This document shows, in pieces, positions 1 to 15,094 of a stretch of DNA of 64,000 nt. The translations under genes were made by a program, and so were the position numbers. The number at the start of each line of letters is the position of its first letter. Within the stretch, counting starts at the first letter, position 1. This DNA comes from Eledone cirrhosa (lineage: Eukaryota). The notes below the pieces were generated by a model, which was given only the letters and a program-made list of their open reading frames with translations, made no database searches and had not been told where the DNA came from. The stretch is from the NCBI GenBank assembly GCA_964016885.1, contig OZ024759.1, positions 14,384,001-14,448,000 of the forward strand. The letters run 5' to 3'.

Positions 1-509
1 GATGTAAAGTCACACGCACACACAAATATATATACATATATACACACACACTCATATATATATACACACATACTCACATAATATATATCTATACACAGAC
101 ACATGTATATATATATATACATATATATATATATACATATATATATACATATATATATATATATACATATACATACACACATATATAATATAAATGAAAA
201 ATTAAAAAAAAAACATAAGCCACCACAAAAATCTACAAAAGACGAAAGTACTACTTTTCTTCATGTTGTTTTGGGCGTGCAAAGAGTTCGTAGTAACAAT
301 GCAGACGAGACGACGAGGAGTGAGGGTTTGTTTGAAAGTGTGAATGTCTGAATGCCACCAAATTTAAAAGAAAACCCGTGGATCTGGTTATGTTTACCAT
401 TTTTATCCAATTCAACACCTCAGCTCATCATTATATTATCTTTTATTTTCTTATATTATACTTTTATTTGATTATTTGATTATGTGATTATTTTTTTTCA
501 CGTTTATCT

Positions 510-556
<47 letters not shown>

Positions 557-691
557 CAGGTGTGTGTGTGTATGTATATGTATATATATATATACACATA
601 TATATATATATATATACGTATATAGGTATGTATACATACATATATGTACACATATATGTATGTATACACACACATATATAGATATATATAC

Positions 692-780
<89 letters not shown>

Positions 781-949
781 TATATATATGTACGTATCTG
801 TATTATTCTAAGGCTGGTATTCTTTCGTTAATAGTTAAGTTAGTGTTAACATGTCTAATTCAAGGAGAGCCACCAAAAAGCTAGGTTGGTGTCTTTTATT
901 CTTTCATTTTGTTTGTTTCTTGTTTTCGCGCCAATCATCTTCCTCTTGT

Positions 950-998
<49 letters not shown>

Positions 999-1144
999 TA
1001 TGGAAATTGAATTGAATTTGTAGCTTTTGACTACAGAAAATAGTCTAATAATAATAGAGTGTGAGAGTCCCTGTATGTAGAAATGGGCATCAGCACACAC
1101 TCAATCCCCATATATATACACACACATACACACACACACGCACG

Positions 1145-1191
<47 letters not shown>

Positions 1192-1420
1192 GTGCGCGCG
1201 CGCACATATATATATTATATATATATATAAAGATATACCAGGTGTAGAGCACTCAATCTGTGGGACGAGTTGTAATATATTTGTTATGTTCACAACGAAG
1301 GCATACCTCTTTGAAAGACTTCAAGTAGGATAAGTTGGGTTCGCCAATGGAACTTGCGTTTCTTCATGTCATGTCTCTGTTGTAGTATTGGATTTAATAA
1401 TAATAGTAATAGTAATAATA

Positions 1421-1560
1421 ATGGTTTCTACTTTTGGCACAAGGCCAGCAATCACCCAGTACATTACTGGTACTTTATTTTATCGACCCAGTAAGGATGA
1501 AAAGCAAAGTTAACCTCGGCGGGATTTGAACTCAGTCCGACCCTCTACCGATACTGCCAT
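1421..1560 (-). mobile_element. SINE copy (same family as 32796)
   Basis: Reverse complement of core, B-box and tail. Confidence 0.82.
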
Positions 1561-1769
1561 ATTAATGGTTTGATTTATTGGCCAAAAGGACCAACAAATA
1601 GGGGACAATACAATAGGCGGGGACATTGGGGGTTTTACACAAATATCGACTAAAAATATAAATATCAATAACAAAATAGCAAGAAAAAATACAAACAATA
1701 GAGTTCTCGAATATTTATAACAAAATGGACTCTTTTAAATTTATCCAAGGTTTATGACTGTACAGATTT

Positions 1770-2092
1770 TAGCTTGGAGATCAGGGAGTTACTCTAGGTA
1801 GAGCCGCTACTTCTTCGAATTGAGATATCAGAGCTCTGATATTATGGCCATGTGGTTAGAATGTCTCATGAAGGAATCGCTGGACAGATTTTACGGGCAA
1901 AACCAACCTGCAGGAGATCCAAGGATAGACCCCGAGCAAGACGGTTCGATAACAACCATGAGCTTGGCTGGTCTCGCTTGGGGATCCAGTTGGATCAGTT
2001 GGAAATGATTGCTTCTGACAGGACCCGCTGGAAGGAGTGTTTCAAGACTTTTCCCTCACGACCCACTTAGGAATAAGTGGTGCAGAAGAAGA
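1770..2092 (+). mobile_element. Degenerate 3' fragment of an RTE (Expander/Rex3-like) LINE
   Basis: Frameshifted EPLLLRIE...GHVVRMSHE...RPRAR...LEMIASDRTRWKECFKTFPSRP, then a GAAGAAG tail. Matches 4583-4978 and 45566-45826. Confidence 0.75.
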
Positions 2093-2139
2093 GCAAATTG
2101 CAATAAGTTGTTTTGCAATTACTATTTGAACAAGGACAA

Positions 2140-2392
2140 ACTACCAAATTTTAGGAGAATGTTTCTGCCGCGAGCTATAGAAAACTGGTTTGCGAGCCGC
2201 AAGAGGCCGGTGAGACGCGTGTTTGAGACCCCAGTCATAAACCATGGATACATTTTCCTGAGACATTCTAACCCCATGTCCATAGTATTGGGTCTGTGAT
2301 CTCTCAATTCGGAGAAGTAGTGGCTCTACCTGGAGTGATTCTCTGATCTCCGAGCTACGCACTCTATTGAGGAACTTACTCCTATAATACAA
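2140..2392 (-). mobile_element. RTE (Expander/Rex3-like) fragment
   Basis: LNRVRSSEIRESLQVEPLLLRIERSQTQYYGHGVRMSQE, an RTE thumb-region motif. Confidence 0.7.
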
Positions 2393-2642
2393 TAAAGTGA
2401 AAATAAAAAATACAAAACAAAAAAGAAAAAGCTCCGGAATTTTTCAAAATTCGATAAAATTAAATACCAGTCAGGTACTGGGGTTAATTTCATCCACTTT
2501 TCCCTTATCCAATTTTGCTGGTCTTGTGCCTAAATTAGAAATGAAATGGAGTTAAACCCCAACCAACACCACACCAAACCTCAACTGTTTAAACGAAACA
2601 ATTTTACTTTCTCACTTCTTTCTATCTTTCTTTTTTTTTACT

Positions 2643-2683
<41 letters not shown>

Positions 2684-3113
2684 GTAAATTCCTTTCTATT
2701 TCCTCATATTCTTCAAGATATTTCTTTTTCACTTCTCTCTGTGTCTTTCTTCTTCTTCTTCTTCTTCTTCTTCTTCTTCTTCTTCTTCTTCTTCTTCTTC
2801 TTCTTCTTCTTCTTCTTCTTCTCCCCCTCCCCCTCCTCCTCCTCTCCCTCTCCTCTCTCTTTCTCTCTCAATTTCTCACTCTTTTTTTCTAACGTCCTTC
2901 TATAATTTTCTTTCTCGATTTCATTAATTCAAACTCCCTCACATCCTTCTTTCCTTCCCTCTTTCCTCTCTCTTTCACTCCATTCCTTCGTTCGTATCTT
3001 TAACCGTGATCACGAAATCTAAACAGTCGACGGCCAACAGGCACAATGGATTGCAAAACCAGGTTTTCGACAGGAAAGACTCTCCCTCTCTCTCCCTCTC
3101 TCTCTCTCCCTCC

Positions 3114-3204
<91 letters not shown>

Positions 3205-3321
3205 TGTAAGTGTGCATGTGTGTGCGTATGTATATATATATATACATTTACGCATATATATGTATACGTATATGTATAAATATATACACACACATATATA
3301 TACACACATATACGTATACAT

Positions 3322-3401
<80 letters not shown>

Positions 3402-3449
3402 ATACATGTATATGTATACGTATATGTGTGTATATATATATATGTATAC

Positions 3450-3518
<69 letters not shown>

Positions 3519-3665
3519 CTGAAACAAATAAATGAAAAATAAGAAACAACAAAAAGTGTGAACAAACGTACAAAATTTAAAAAATCTATCAACAACAACA
3601 AAATCAATATAAATATGAGGAAACAGGAAAAAGAAAAGAGTGATTATATATAAGGTGGTTATACA

Positions 3666-3721
<56 letters not shown>

Positions 3722-3824
3722 GACACACACACACACGCGCACACATACACACAACCATGCAACCCTATATATACATAAACTAATAAACATGCAAATACAT
3801 ATATAACACACACACACATTTATA

Positions 3825-3931
<107 letters not shown>

Positions 3932-3942
3932 TACATATACAT

Positions 3943-3980
<38 letters not shown>

Positions 3981-4059
3981 TAGACACACACACACATATA
4001 TATATATATACATATATAGACACACACACATATATATATATATATATACATATATATAT

Positions 4060-4098
<39 letters not shown>

Positions 4099-4582
4099 CA
4101 TATACACACACACAAACACATACACATATAGACACACACAATATAGACACAGGCAGGATGGCTTTTGGCCGCGGCTCTCGTGAGCCGTGCATTTGAATAA
4201 AGTCAACGAAATTCCTTTACACATTAAACTGGTTAAGCCGTTTCCCACCCGTGTAAACTGCTGTAAACACAGACTAAATCCAACCTCACCGAACGACATG
4301 CAAACCTCTCGCTTTCACTACTAATACAACAACAGAGTGAAAGAAAAAATAATTAAAAAAATATACTAAAAAGGAAATAATAAAACTGAAATAAAAATAA
4401 TATAAATATATAAAAAATTAAATATAAACATAAAAATATAAACAAATAACAATAGAAAAATTAAATAATAAAAATAAAAATAAAAATAAAAATAAAAATA
4501 AAAATAAAAATAAAAATAAAAATAAAAATAAAAATAAAAATAAAAATAAAACAAAAAGTATAATAAATTGAAAACATATTCT

Positions 4583-4978
4583 TTTTCTTCTTCACCCAAT
4601 TATTCCTGAGAGGGTCGTGGGGACAGCCCTCAAACACTCCTTCCAGCAGGTCCTGTCAGAAGCAACTGTCTCCAAACCGATCCGGCTGGATCTCCAAGGG
4701 AGACCAGCCCAGCTCATGGATGTTATCCAACGATCTTGCTGAGGGTCTACCTCTGGGTCTCTTGTTGGTTGGTTTTGCGAGTAAAAATCTGTCCAGCGAT
4801 TCTTTCCTGTGACATTCTAACTACATGTCCATAATCTTTCAATTCGGAGAAGTAGTGGCTCTACCTGGAGTGACTATCTGATCTCCGAGTAACGTTACTC
4901 CAAAGATCCTTCGGAGGAATCCCATTTCTGCCGCTTGTATTCGCAATCCTATTGTTTCGGTCATTGCCCAAGATTCAT
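4583..4978 (-). mobile_element. RTE (Expander/Rex3-like) 3' fragment
   Basis: Reverse complement encodes RIQAAEMGFLRRIFGV...IVTPGRAT-type region and the same 3' end as 1770-2092. Confidence 0.75.
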
Positions 4979-5698
4979 GTAAATATAAAAATATAAATTG
5001 AAAATATGAAAAAATATAAAATAGAATAAAATGAAGCGAAAAAAAAAAAAGAAAAATGAAATAAGTATAGAAAAAATTAAAAATATAAAAATATAGATAA
5101 AATAAAAAAGTATATCCCTTAAACTATCACCCCCGCCCCTAGCTTAAACTAACCCCCAACCCTAACATACCACTCTAGAAAACACCCTCAGCTCTCAATT
5201 GTCACGTCTTGAAATAATAACAACAGAAGCAACAATGATGCTACTGATACCACCACCACCACCATGATGATGATGATGATGATGAGGATGATGCTTTCTG
5301 TATTTTCCCACGAGTGTAACGGATGAAGAGACCCCTACCCACAGCCAGATACGGAGGGCTTCACAAATTTAGGAAAATACGTGAGAAAGAAAAAAATACT
5401 TGTAATTGTGTTCATGAATATTTTTATTTTATTTTGAAATATATGTATTAGGTTCTTAAGGGGAAGTGAAGTAGTCATATTGAGCCAATCAGAAACCGGT
5501 CCTAAATTTCAGGGATTGATCCTCATTCCACCCCCGATTACGAAGGGGAAGTAATCTCTTCTAGTTTCCGATCATTGCTCTTTTATAGTTATCTTAAGAC
5601 CAGGTTATACATATTTGTCATTCTCACCGACCTTTTAACAACAAACCAAACTTGGAAAATGTTACGAGTTTGCTCAACGTGCTAGAAATATACATATA

Positions 5699-5798
<100 letters not shown>

Positions 5799-6064
5799 GA
5801 AAGTTCAGTAAGTCTGAAGAAAACTGGTGAGAGAACCAATGTCAGCACTCGATATAGAGCAGAGTGTCAATAAATCTCCTATGTAACACCTCCATTTTGT
5901 TCTTCTTATATATATATATAAACAATGAGTTATATACTTTGTTGATGAATATTCAACAGAATTATGTTCATAATAGATATGAACCACTCTACAGTTAAAT
6001 TTATCTGGAGTATTAAATTATTAACAATAGTAATAAATGGAAAATATCACTTTTACATCATATT

Positions 6065-6124
6065 TATTTTATTATACATATTTCAAGGATACCAAATTAT
6101 GGTATGCTTTCATCAGATAAAATA
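6065..6124 (-). ncRNA. Type I hammerhead ribozyme motif (family A; element about 5921-6190)
   Basis: Minus strand: TATTTTAT-CTGATGA-AAGCATACCA(TAATT)TGGTATCCTT-GAAA-TATGTA-TA^ATAAAATA. Confidence 0.75.
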
Positions 6125-6274
6125 CAATATTTGATGTATAAGATTGTGACATACCCAAAGTATAAATTTCCAACGTCAGCTTACAGTGGGCAAGTCCCTT
6201 ACGGGGTCGATAAAATAAAGTACCAGTAATGCACTGGCTAATAGCTGGCCTTGTGCCAAAAGTAGAAACAATTA

Positions 6275-6363
<89 letters not shown>

Positions 6364-6365
6364 TG

Positions 6366-6400
<35 letters not shown>

Positions 6401-6947
6401 GTTTGTGCTTGTGTACGTGAATCTATATGTGTTTGTGTGTGTGCATTCGTTTGTTTGTATGTGTATGTTGGTATACGTGTGGGTTTATATGTGTGTGTAG
6501 TGGGGATGAGGGTAGGGAAAAGGACGTGGAGTGGGCAGAAAAAAGGACAAATGAGGTATTTACACCACTAGTGTGCAAATATCGTGTTAGCAACACATTG
6601 ACTGTGGCATTAATTGAACACGCCAACCCAATATCGATCTTTGTCTAATTGGATTCATTATGGAGAATCGCTTCACTCCACTTCGTTCTAATATAACCCG
6701 CACCCCTCGACCTCACGCACACCATCACCTAACTATACTAGAAGGCATGATAGCCACAACGTCTCATGGTGACTAAGGTGACAACTAATGAAAGACTCTC
6801 TCCCCACCAAAAGTCAGTTTATTACATAGCTGAACCCCTTTCATATCAAACTGCCTGAAACTGTCCCCGATTCTAGGATACAAAACTATATGCTTTAAAG
6901 TGTCTATATTTTATCTAAAAAAACTTTCCATCTTATACACACACACG

Positions 6948-6981
<34 letters not shown>

Positions 6982-7010
6982 AATCTCTCTCTCTCTCTAT
7001 ATATATATAT

Positions 7011-7088
<78 letters not shown>

Positions 7089-7242
7089 ATACATATATAT
7101 ATATATACATACACATACATATACATATATATATATATATATATAAATACACACACACACGTTCACTGATGAAGGACTTACTTTTTCATATGCACCACCA
7201 TTTGAAATGCACCACCATTTGAAACGCGCAGCCATCATTATT

Positions 7243-7331
<89 letters not shown>

Positions 7332-7418
7332 TCAAAAGAGGGGCGCACAGTCCCATCGCATCAGTCAACCTCTGCTAATCAATACTGGTTGCTGCTTTTA
7401 TTATTGCTGTCATTGCTC

Positions 7419-7461
<43 letters not shown>

Positions 7462-7647
7462 CTTTTTCACTTCTCTCTTTGTGTCTTTCTTCTTCTTCTT
7501 CTTCTTCTTCTTCTTCTTCTTCTTCTTCTTCTTCTTCTTCTTCTTCTTCTTCCCTGTTAATGATGTCAGTTATCACTGGATACAATCATTATGTTCGTTT
7601 GATTCGACATCATCCTTTCCTTATAATCGATTAGCTTCTTCCTGTCG

Positions 7648-7682
<35 letters not shown>

Positions 7683-7991
7683 TATCGTCATCATCATCAT
7701 TATCGGTGGTGGTGGTGGTGGTGGTGGTGGTGGTACTGGTGGTGGTGGTAGTGGCGGTGGTGGTGGTGCACGTGCACAGGTACACTGAAAATGGTGCATG
7801 TGTAGACACCCACACACACACACACATATATATATATATAGGAAAAAGTATGACCCCGACGGCAGAGCTCAAACCCTTTCGACGGCTATTTGTGGACTAA
7901 ATTAGAATTTTATATACATGTCTATGCGTATAAAAATATAATATAGAGTATACAGGCATTTGCATGTGTGAGTTTATATATTTAAATATAG

Positions 7992-8062
<71 letters not shown>

Positions 8063-8177
8063 TATGCATATAAATGTATACATAAATATATAAATATGGA
8101 TATACACAGATATATAATGCGTTGGTGTAACTCACAACTCAATACATACACACAAAACACACACACACATACACACA

Positions 8178-8310
<133 letters not shown>

Positions 8311-8693
8311 TTATATGATATTAGAATATTCTAATTATTATACACGCTGCTTGCACAGTTGGAAACTGCCTTCATCAGCTGTCGACTGAAGACCTCAACC
8401 GTTCCGTCAACTTCCGACAGTAAGACCCGCCACCACTCCACCCTACAGCGGTGCCGAGCAGCAACAATGGTACGTGAGTATGTCTGGGTCCTTCTGGCCG
8501 CCACACCAGCACACGTATTTCCCCCGCCATCATCCGTGCAGCTATCACACCAAACCAGTTCCAGATGTAACTACATCAATTATGCATGAAGAGTTTCCGG
8601 CCTTGGTATCCTGCGTCAAAAGGTCTCGTCCAACCCATGCCAACTTAGAAAGATCAACATATAAGCGACGAAGATATATACACACACACACAC

Positions 8694-8736
<43 letters not shown>

Positions 8737-8793
8737 AATAAAAGGCAGAGTTATATACTCATATTAATACCTTGTAATCATTTCTACATGTAT

Positions 8794-8913
<120 letters not shown>

Positions 8914-9482
8914 ATAATAATAAATTTGAAGACTAAAATTCAAAGAGGGCTCGACAAGGACAAATATATATCAAATATATAAGAACCGTAGAGCAAATAT
9001 TTATTAAAATAACAGATTAAAGTTTAAGCAAAGAATCGCTGCTTTGACCCTTAACTGGATCTTCTGATATATATATATATATATATATTATAGAAAACGA
9101 AGAATCAGTGATACATCGAAACACAATTTATTACGTATTACAATTGTTTCTCCGGTGAACAGCTCGAGGTACGATCTATTTGTGGATCGAACCTGACTCT
9201 GGATTCGCAAGTTCCCCTGATACGTCTAGCGACTTCGAAGCAAATCTTCGAGGACCACTGATGATGTTGCAGATGTCCAACGAAAGAACTTTGTTAGACT
9301 ATATATATATATTTATATCCGTATTTTTAACCGTTGGTCAATCAATGATAAACATTGATTACCAAATAAATTAACTATGAAGATATAAACGATGCAGAAG
9401 CGAAAACCAACCAAACGGTGAGTGTGTTCTGTTATTATTTCTGGCAATATTATATTACAACAATATGATCCTCCTCAAGTAT

Positions 9483-9563
<81 letters not shown>

Positions 9564-9619
9564 ATATAGAAAATGCTTCTACAGTACTAGAACTGTTTCA
9601 TTCGGGAGAAATTATCAAG

Positions 9620-9672
9620 AAGCCTGATGATTTCTCCCGAATGAAACAGTTCTAGTCCTGTAGAAGCCATTT
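9620..9672 (+). ncRNA. Hammerhead-like motif (family B) inside palindrome 9561-9681
   Basis: CTGATGA-TTTC(TCCC)GAAT-GAAA-CAG(TTCTAGTC)CTG-TA^GAAGC. Stem I is better seen in the minus-strand copy at about 10860-10915 (TTTC/GAAG). Confidence 0.55.
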
Positions 9673-9749
9673 CTATATTAAGTATTTATACTCTGCTATG
9701 TATTGAGTACCTTACTTACTGTGGTCACTCCCGATTGAACCCGAGATAA

Positions 9750-9837
<88 letters not shown>

Positions 9838-10122
9838 TTATATATATCAAATAAAATCTGCCATCCAAACAACAACACTTCTCCTATCGCTCCTTAAATA
9901 CCTATACATCGATCCTCATTTGAGAATGGGTTTTTAAACCAGAAAACACTTGCGATAAATAAAATTCTATCGCCCTCACTCTTTCCTTAATCTTTTATTC
10001 TCTTTAACTCCTATAGCCTTGGCGCCTTTAATCTTGCACGAATTGTAGGGCTTCAAAATATTTATACTTATTTAAATTTGTATTTCTTGATCAACAATGC
10101 TTCAAAAGCAAACTATAACACT

Positions 10123-10258
<136 letters not shown>

Positions 10259-10288
10259 AAGTAATTAAGTCAAATATTTAAAATTTGT

Positions 10289-10343
10289 ACTGTTATATAT
10301 ATTTCGGTGACAGCCATCATTGGCTGTGACCTCTTCAGGCAGT
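10289..10343 (-). ncRNA. Type I hammerhead motif (family D), left arm of palindrome
   Basis: ACTGC-CTGAAGA-GGTCACAGCCA(ATGA)TGGCTGTCACC-GAAA-TATATA-TA^ACAGT. Confidence 0.7.
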
Positions 10344-10573
10344 CCGAATTGGTGTGGCAGAGACAGGTACACAAGTTGTTAAAGTGTTTTACTCCGTTAA
10401 TACTCCGATATGTCCAGCTCCTGGTTGGGTTGTTATTTCTCTGAGGAACTGGAAAGATATGATTCCAGTTCCTCAGAGAAATAACAACCCAACCAGGAGC
10501 TGGACATATCGGAGTATTGGCGGAGTAAAACACTTTAACAACTTGTGTACCTGTCTCTACCACACCAATTCGG

Positions 10574-10628
10574 ACTGCCTGAAGAGGTCACAGCCAATGA
10601 TGGCTGTCAACGAAATATATATAGCAGT
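10574..10628 (+). ncRNA. Type I hammerhead motif (family D), right arm of palindrome
   Basis: ACTGC-CTGAAGA-GGTCACAGCCA(ATGA)TGGCTGTCAAC-GAAA-TATATA-TA^GCAGT. Confidence 0.75.
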
Positions 10629-11099
10629 ACAAATTTTAAATATTTGACTTAATTACTTTATTTTACATTACTCAGGAGTAACCAAACCAACCTGCGTACT
10701 TCGTCGAGTGCTCCAATCTGCATACTGAGGTGTCGGTAAACAACCAACATATATTCAAAATTTATATATATATATAAGTTTATCCCAGGTTCAATCGGGG
10801 GTAACCACAGTAAGTAAGGTGCTCAATACATAGCAGACTATAAATACTTAATATAGAAATGGCTTCTAGAGGACTAGAACTGTTTCATTCGGGAGAAATC
10901 ATCAGGAAAGCTTTCCTGGGGATATATATGAAATAAAATGTGTTTGTCAGTGTGTATGTGAGTGTGTGTATGCTTAGTGTGTCACTGTGCGTGTGTGTGT
11001 GTCAGTGTGTGTGTGTGTGTGTCAGTGTGTGTTTGTCAGTGTGTTTCAGTGTGCGTGTTTGTGTCTTTTTGTGTCGATGTCTGTCCGTGTGTGTGTGTG

Positions 11100-11730
11100 T
11101 GTCAGTATGTGCATGTGTGAGCGCCTGTGTGTGTATCTGTGTGAGTGTGTATCAGTGTGTGCATGTGTGTGTGTGTATGTGTCTGTGTGAGCGCCTGTGT
11201 GTGTATCTCTGTGTGTGTCTGTCTGTGTGAGCGCCTGTGTGTATATCAGTGTGTATGTGTCTCTGTGTGTGAATGTGTATCAGTGTGTGCATGTGTGAGC
11301 GCCTGTGTGTGTATCAGTGTGTATGTGTTTCTGTGTGAATGTGTATCAGTGTGTGCATGTGTGAGCGCCTGTGTGTGTATCAGTGTGTATGTGTCTCTGT
11401 GTGAGTGTGTGTGTGTATCAGTGTGTGCATGGGTGAGCTCCTGTGTGTATATCAGTGTGTATGTGTCTCTGTGTGTGAATGTGTATCAGTGTGTGCATGT
11501 GTAAGCGCCTGTGTGTGTATCAGTGTGTATGTGTTTCTGTGTGAATGTGTATCAGTGTGTGCATGGGTGAGCGCCTGTGTGTATATCAGTGTGTATGTGT
11601 CTCTGTGTGTGTGTGTGTGTGTGTGTATCAGTGTGTGCATGTGTGAGCGCCTGTGTGTGTATCAGTGTGTGTGTATGTGTCTCTGTGTGTGTATGTATCA
11701 GTGTGTGCATGTGTGAGTGCCTGTGTGTGT
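11100..11730. repeat. (GT)-derived ~60-bp minisatellite
   Basis: Recurring GTATCAGTGTGTGCATGTGTGAGCGCCTGTGTGT unit. Confidence 0.85.
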
Positions 11731-12016
11731 ATGTATATGTGTGAGTGTCTGTCAGTTTGTGTATGTGTAAGTGTCTGTGTGATTGTGTGCTCTATTCTAC
11801 AGCCATCGTCGGGGATCGTTTGGAAAGAGACAAGCGTTTCTTAGCTTCTTAAAGAGTTCTGTAGTTGGCTGACTTTATTGTTATTTGGAAGTATTTACAA
11901 AAGAGAGCTCGCCTGATTACAGAGCGCTTCTTGTACTGTTCAATTAATTTGAGAGATGTTAAGAACGAAGGGGCGTGTGTATATACATGTTTGTATTATA
12001 CATGCACACATACACA

Positions 12017-12081
<65 letters not shown>

Positions 12082-12085
12082 GTAG

Positions 12086-12143
<58 letters not shown>

Positions 12144-12747
12144 TCGTGTGTGAGTTCGTATATGTGTATATATATATATATATATACAAACATACGAACA
12201 CACACACACACGAACACACATGCACACACACATATACAGTGAGTGTGATGGGAAGCAAGGTACTAATTACATGTGCTACATCTCACCACAGTAAGCTAGA
12301 ATTGGCGCGAACCTTCATTTACAATAGAGATATAACAGGAATACTGTTACTGCCGCCATCTGGTGAGAGAAAGTGGTAATAGAAGCAATGATGCAGTCAA
12401 ATTGCAGGTAATGAGGGCGACCACAGGACACATAGCAGCAACAGCAGTCATTGTAGTAGTAATAGTAGTAGTAGTGGTGGTAGTGGTAGTGGTAGTAGTA
12501 GTAGTAGTAGTAGTAGTAGTTATATGTTGAAATGATGATGATCATCAGTATCACCATCATCATCATCATTATCATCATCATTATCATCATTATCATTTTT
12601 CTTTTCACCATCATACTCATCCCACCACCACCACCACCACTACCACCGCCACAGCCACCATATCCAACGCCACCACCAAATTCCTCATCATCATCATCAT
12701 CATCATCATCAACATCGTCATCGCCCTCATCACCATTTTTAATATTA

Positions 12748-13380
12748 GGCAGTGGATTGGCAGTATCGGTAGAGCGTCAGACGCCAGCATAGAGTTATGG
12801 CCCTATACGTTCTGAGTTCAAAACCTGCCGGGGTTAACTTTGCCTTTAATCCTTACGGGGTCGATAAAATAAAGTACCAGTCACGCACTGGGATCGATTT
12901 AATCGACTTTCCCCTCCCCCCCAAATTGATGGCCTTGTGCCTATACTAGAAATCATTATTTTCCGCAGGATTAGCAGCATCGGTAGAGTGTCGGACACCA
13001 TGCTTTGCACCACAGAGTTACGGCCCTTTACGTTCTGAGTTCAAATCCCGCGGAGGTTAACTTTGCCTTTCATCCTTATGGGGGTCGATAATAAAATAAA
13101 GTACCAGTAATGCACTGAGATAATTGCAGGCCTTGAGCCAAATGTAGAAACAATAATTATTATTTTCCGCAAACTCGTTGGAGCGTTGGAAAAACTGTTT
13201 TGCGGTGTTTGTTCTGGTGTTGTACGTTCTGAGTTCAAATCCCACCGAGGTCACTCATGCCATTGATCCCTCTAGCTTAGTAATAAAATAAATTACCATT
13301 GAAACATTTGGGGTCAATTTAATCGACTACACCTCTCACCCCCCACATGCGAGTCGTTGTGCCTGTGTTAGAAAGCCTTA
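12748..13380 (+). mobile_element. Three head-to-tail SINE copies
   Basis: GAGTTCAAA B-box and core at about 12815, 13037 and 13231. Confidence 0.8.
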
Positions 13381-13888
13381 TTGTTATAATTAAAGATGTG
13401 TGCCCGGGTGCGTGTATTGATGTGAACTCAGTTGAGCGGGGTGGGCTGAGTTGTAAGGGGTAGCTAGGGGAGATAATTATGGAGGTGGGTACGGTGAGAT
13501 GATCCGGATAATAATAGAAGGCAGTCATGTTTGGGTGGGGTACTAGTTAGAAACATATTGACTCACACACAGACTGACAGATACGTAGGTGGGTAGGTAG
13601 GTGGGTAGGTAGGTAGGTAGGTAGGTAGGTAGGTAGGTAGGTAGATAGGTAGATAGGTAGGTAGATAGATAGGTGGGTAGATAGGTAGGTGGGTAGGTAG
13701 GTAGGTAGGTAGGTAGGTAGGTAGATAGATAGGTAGGTAGATAGATAGGTGGGTAGATAGGTAGGTGGGTAGGTAGGTAGGTAGGTAGGTAGGTAGATAG
13801 GTAGATAGATATATTTCTTTATTAGCCACAGGGGCACAAAAGAAGGGGACAAATACAAAGGGGGAAGTTTACATACAATAAAAACGTG

Positions 13889-13927
<39 letters not shown>

Positions 13928-14146
13928 GTGGATGGATAGATAGACAGATAGACAGACTGATAGGGGTAGATTGATAAATAAATGTATGTATATATATATA
14001 GATATTATATATACACACACACACACATATATATAAGCAAGTATTTCACCAAGAAAAAGAAAATATACCATATATATATATATACAAGGGCGGTGCCCCA
14101 GCATGGCCTCAGCCGGATGGCTGAAACAGGTAAAAGGGTAAAAGAG

Positions 14147-14193
<47 letters not shown>

Positions 14194-14307
14194 ATCCCGG
14201 GTTCAAGGGGTAGATAGATAAATGTATGTATATATATATAGATATTATACATACACACACACACACATATATAAGCAAGTATTTCACCAAGAAAAAGGAA
14301 ATATACC

Positions 14308-14341
<34 letters not shown>

Positions 14342-14511
14342 TTATCCCGGGTTCAATAGGGGGTAACCACAGTAAGTAAGATACTCAATACATAGCAGAG
14401 TATAAATATTTAATATAGAAATGGCTTCTACAGGACTAGAACTGTTTCATTCGAGAGAAATCATCATTTCTGTATATACATATGTACGTAAAGGTTATAT
14501 CGAGCATTAAT

Positions 14512-14652
14512 AATTGTTTCTACGTTTGGAACAAGGCCAGCAATTATCCAGTACAATGCTGGTACTTTATTTTATCGACCCCGAAAGGATGAAAGGCAAA
14601 GTTAACCTCGGCGGGATTTGAACTCAGATCATAAAGGGACGTAACTCTATGC
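14512..14652 (-). mobile_element. SINE copy
   Basis: Reverse complement of the family consensus. Confidence 0.82.
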
Positions 14653-14737
14653 TTCAAAGCCATTAATAATAATGTTCAATTCGTTTGTAAACAAACGACC
14701 CGATCGTCAGCTGTTTGTTCAACACTGGCTTTGAGGA

Positions 14738-14780
14738 ACAATCAACATGTTTCTGGGTCATTACCCTTCATCAGGGCTGT
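14738..14780 (-). ncRNA. Minimal type I hammerhead motif
   Basis: ACAGCC-CTGATGA-AGGGT(AATG)ACCCA-GAAA-CATG-TT^GATTGT. Palindromic stem III; stem I imperfect. Confidence 0.5.
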
Positions 14781-15063
14781 ATACCTCTTTCAATCTGTTG
14801 AACGGCAGAGAGCTAGAACGGATATGACAAAGCATTTATCTGCCGTTCTATAAAGACTCTGCCTGTTGGCCCTCTTTTCCAGCTTTCCAGTACAAGATAC
14901 GAACGTGTATTTTGTCAACTTGCGTTCCTCAATTTGTCGAGCCATGGGGGGCCAGGAGTTGACGCCGGTTTCACCAGGGTGCCGGTGGATATTGCATCGT
15001 AACAGGTCACATTAGAGAATTACCGCCTTGGAACGGAAAGATTGTGATAACATCCGTTGTTTC

Positions 15064-15094
<31 letters not shown>

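Noticed and set aside
9255-9300. CTGATGA...GAAA on the + strand (similar cases at 7166, 43237, 62643, 62887)
   Set aside because: I could not build convincing stems I and III with a valid UH site, so these are not counted as hammerheads.
10270-10647. Twin 97-aa ORFs
   Set aside because: A by-product of the palindrome; no recognisable protein motif.
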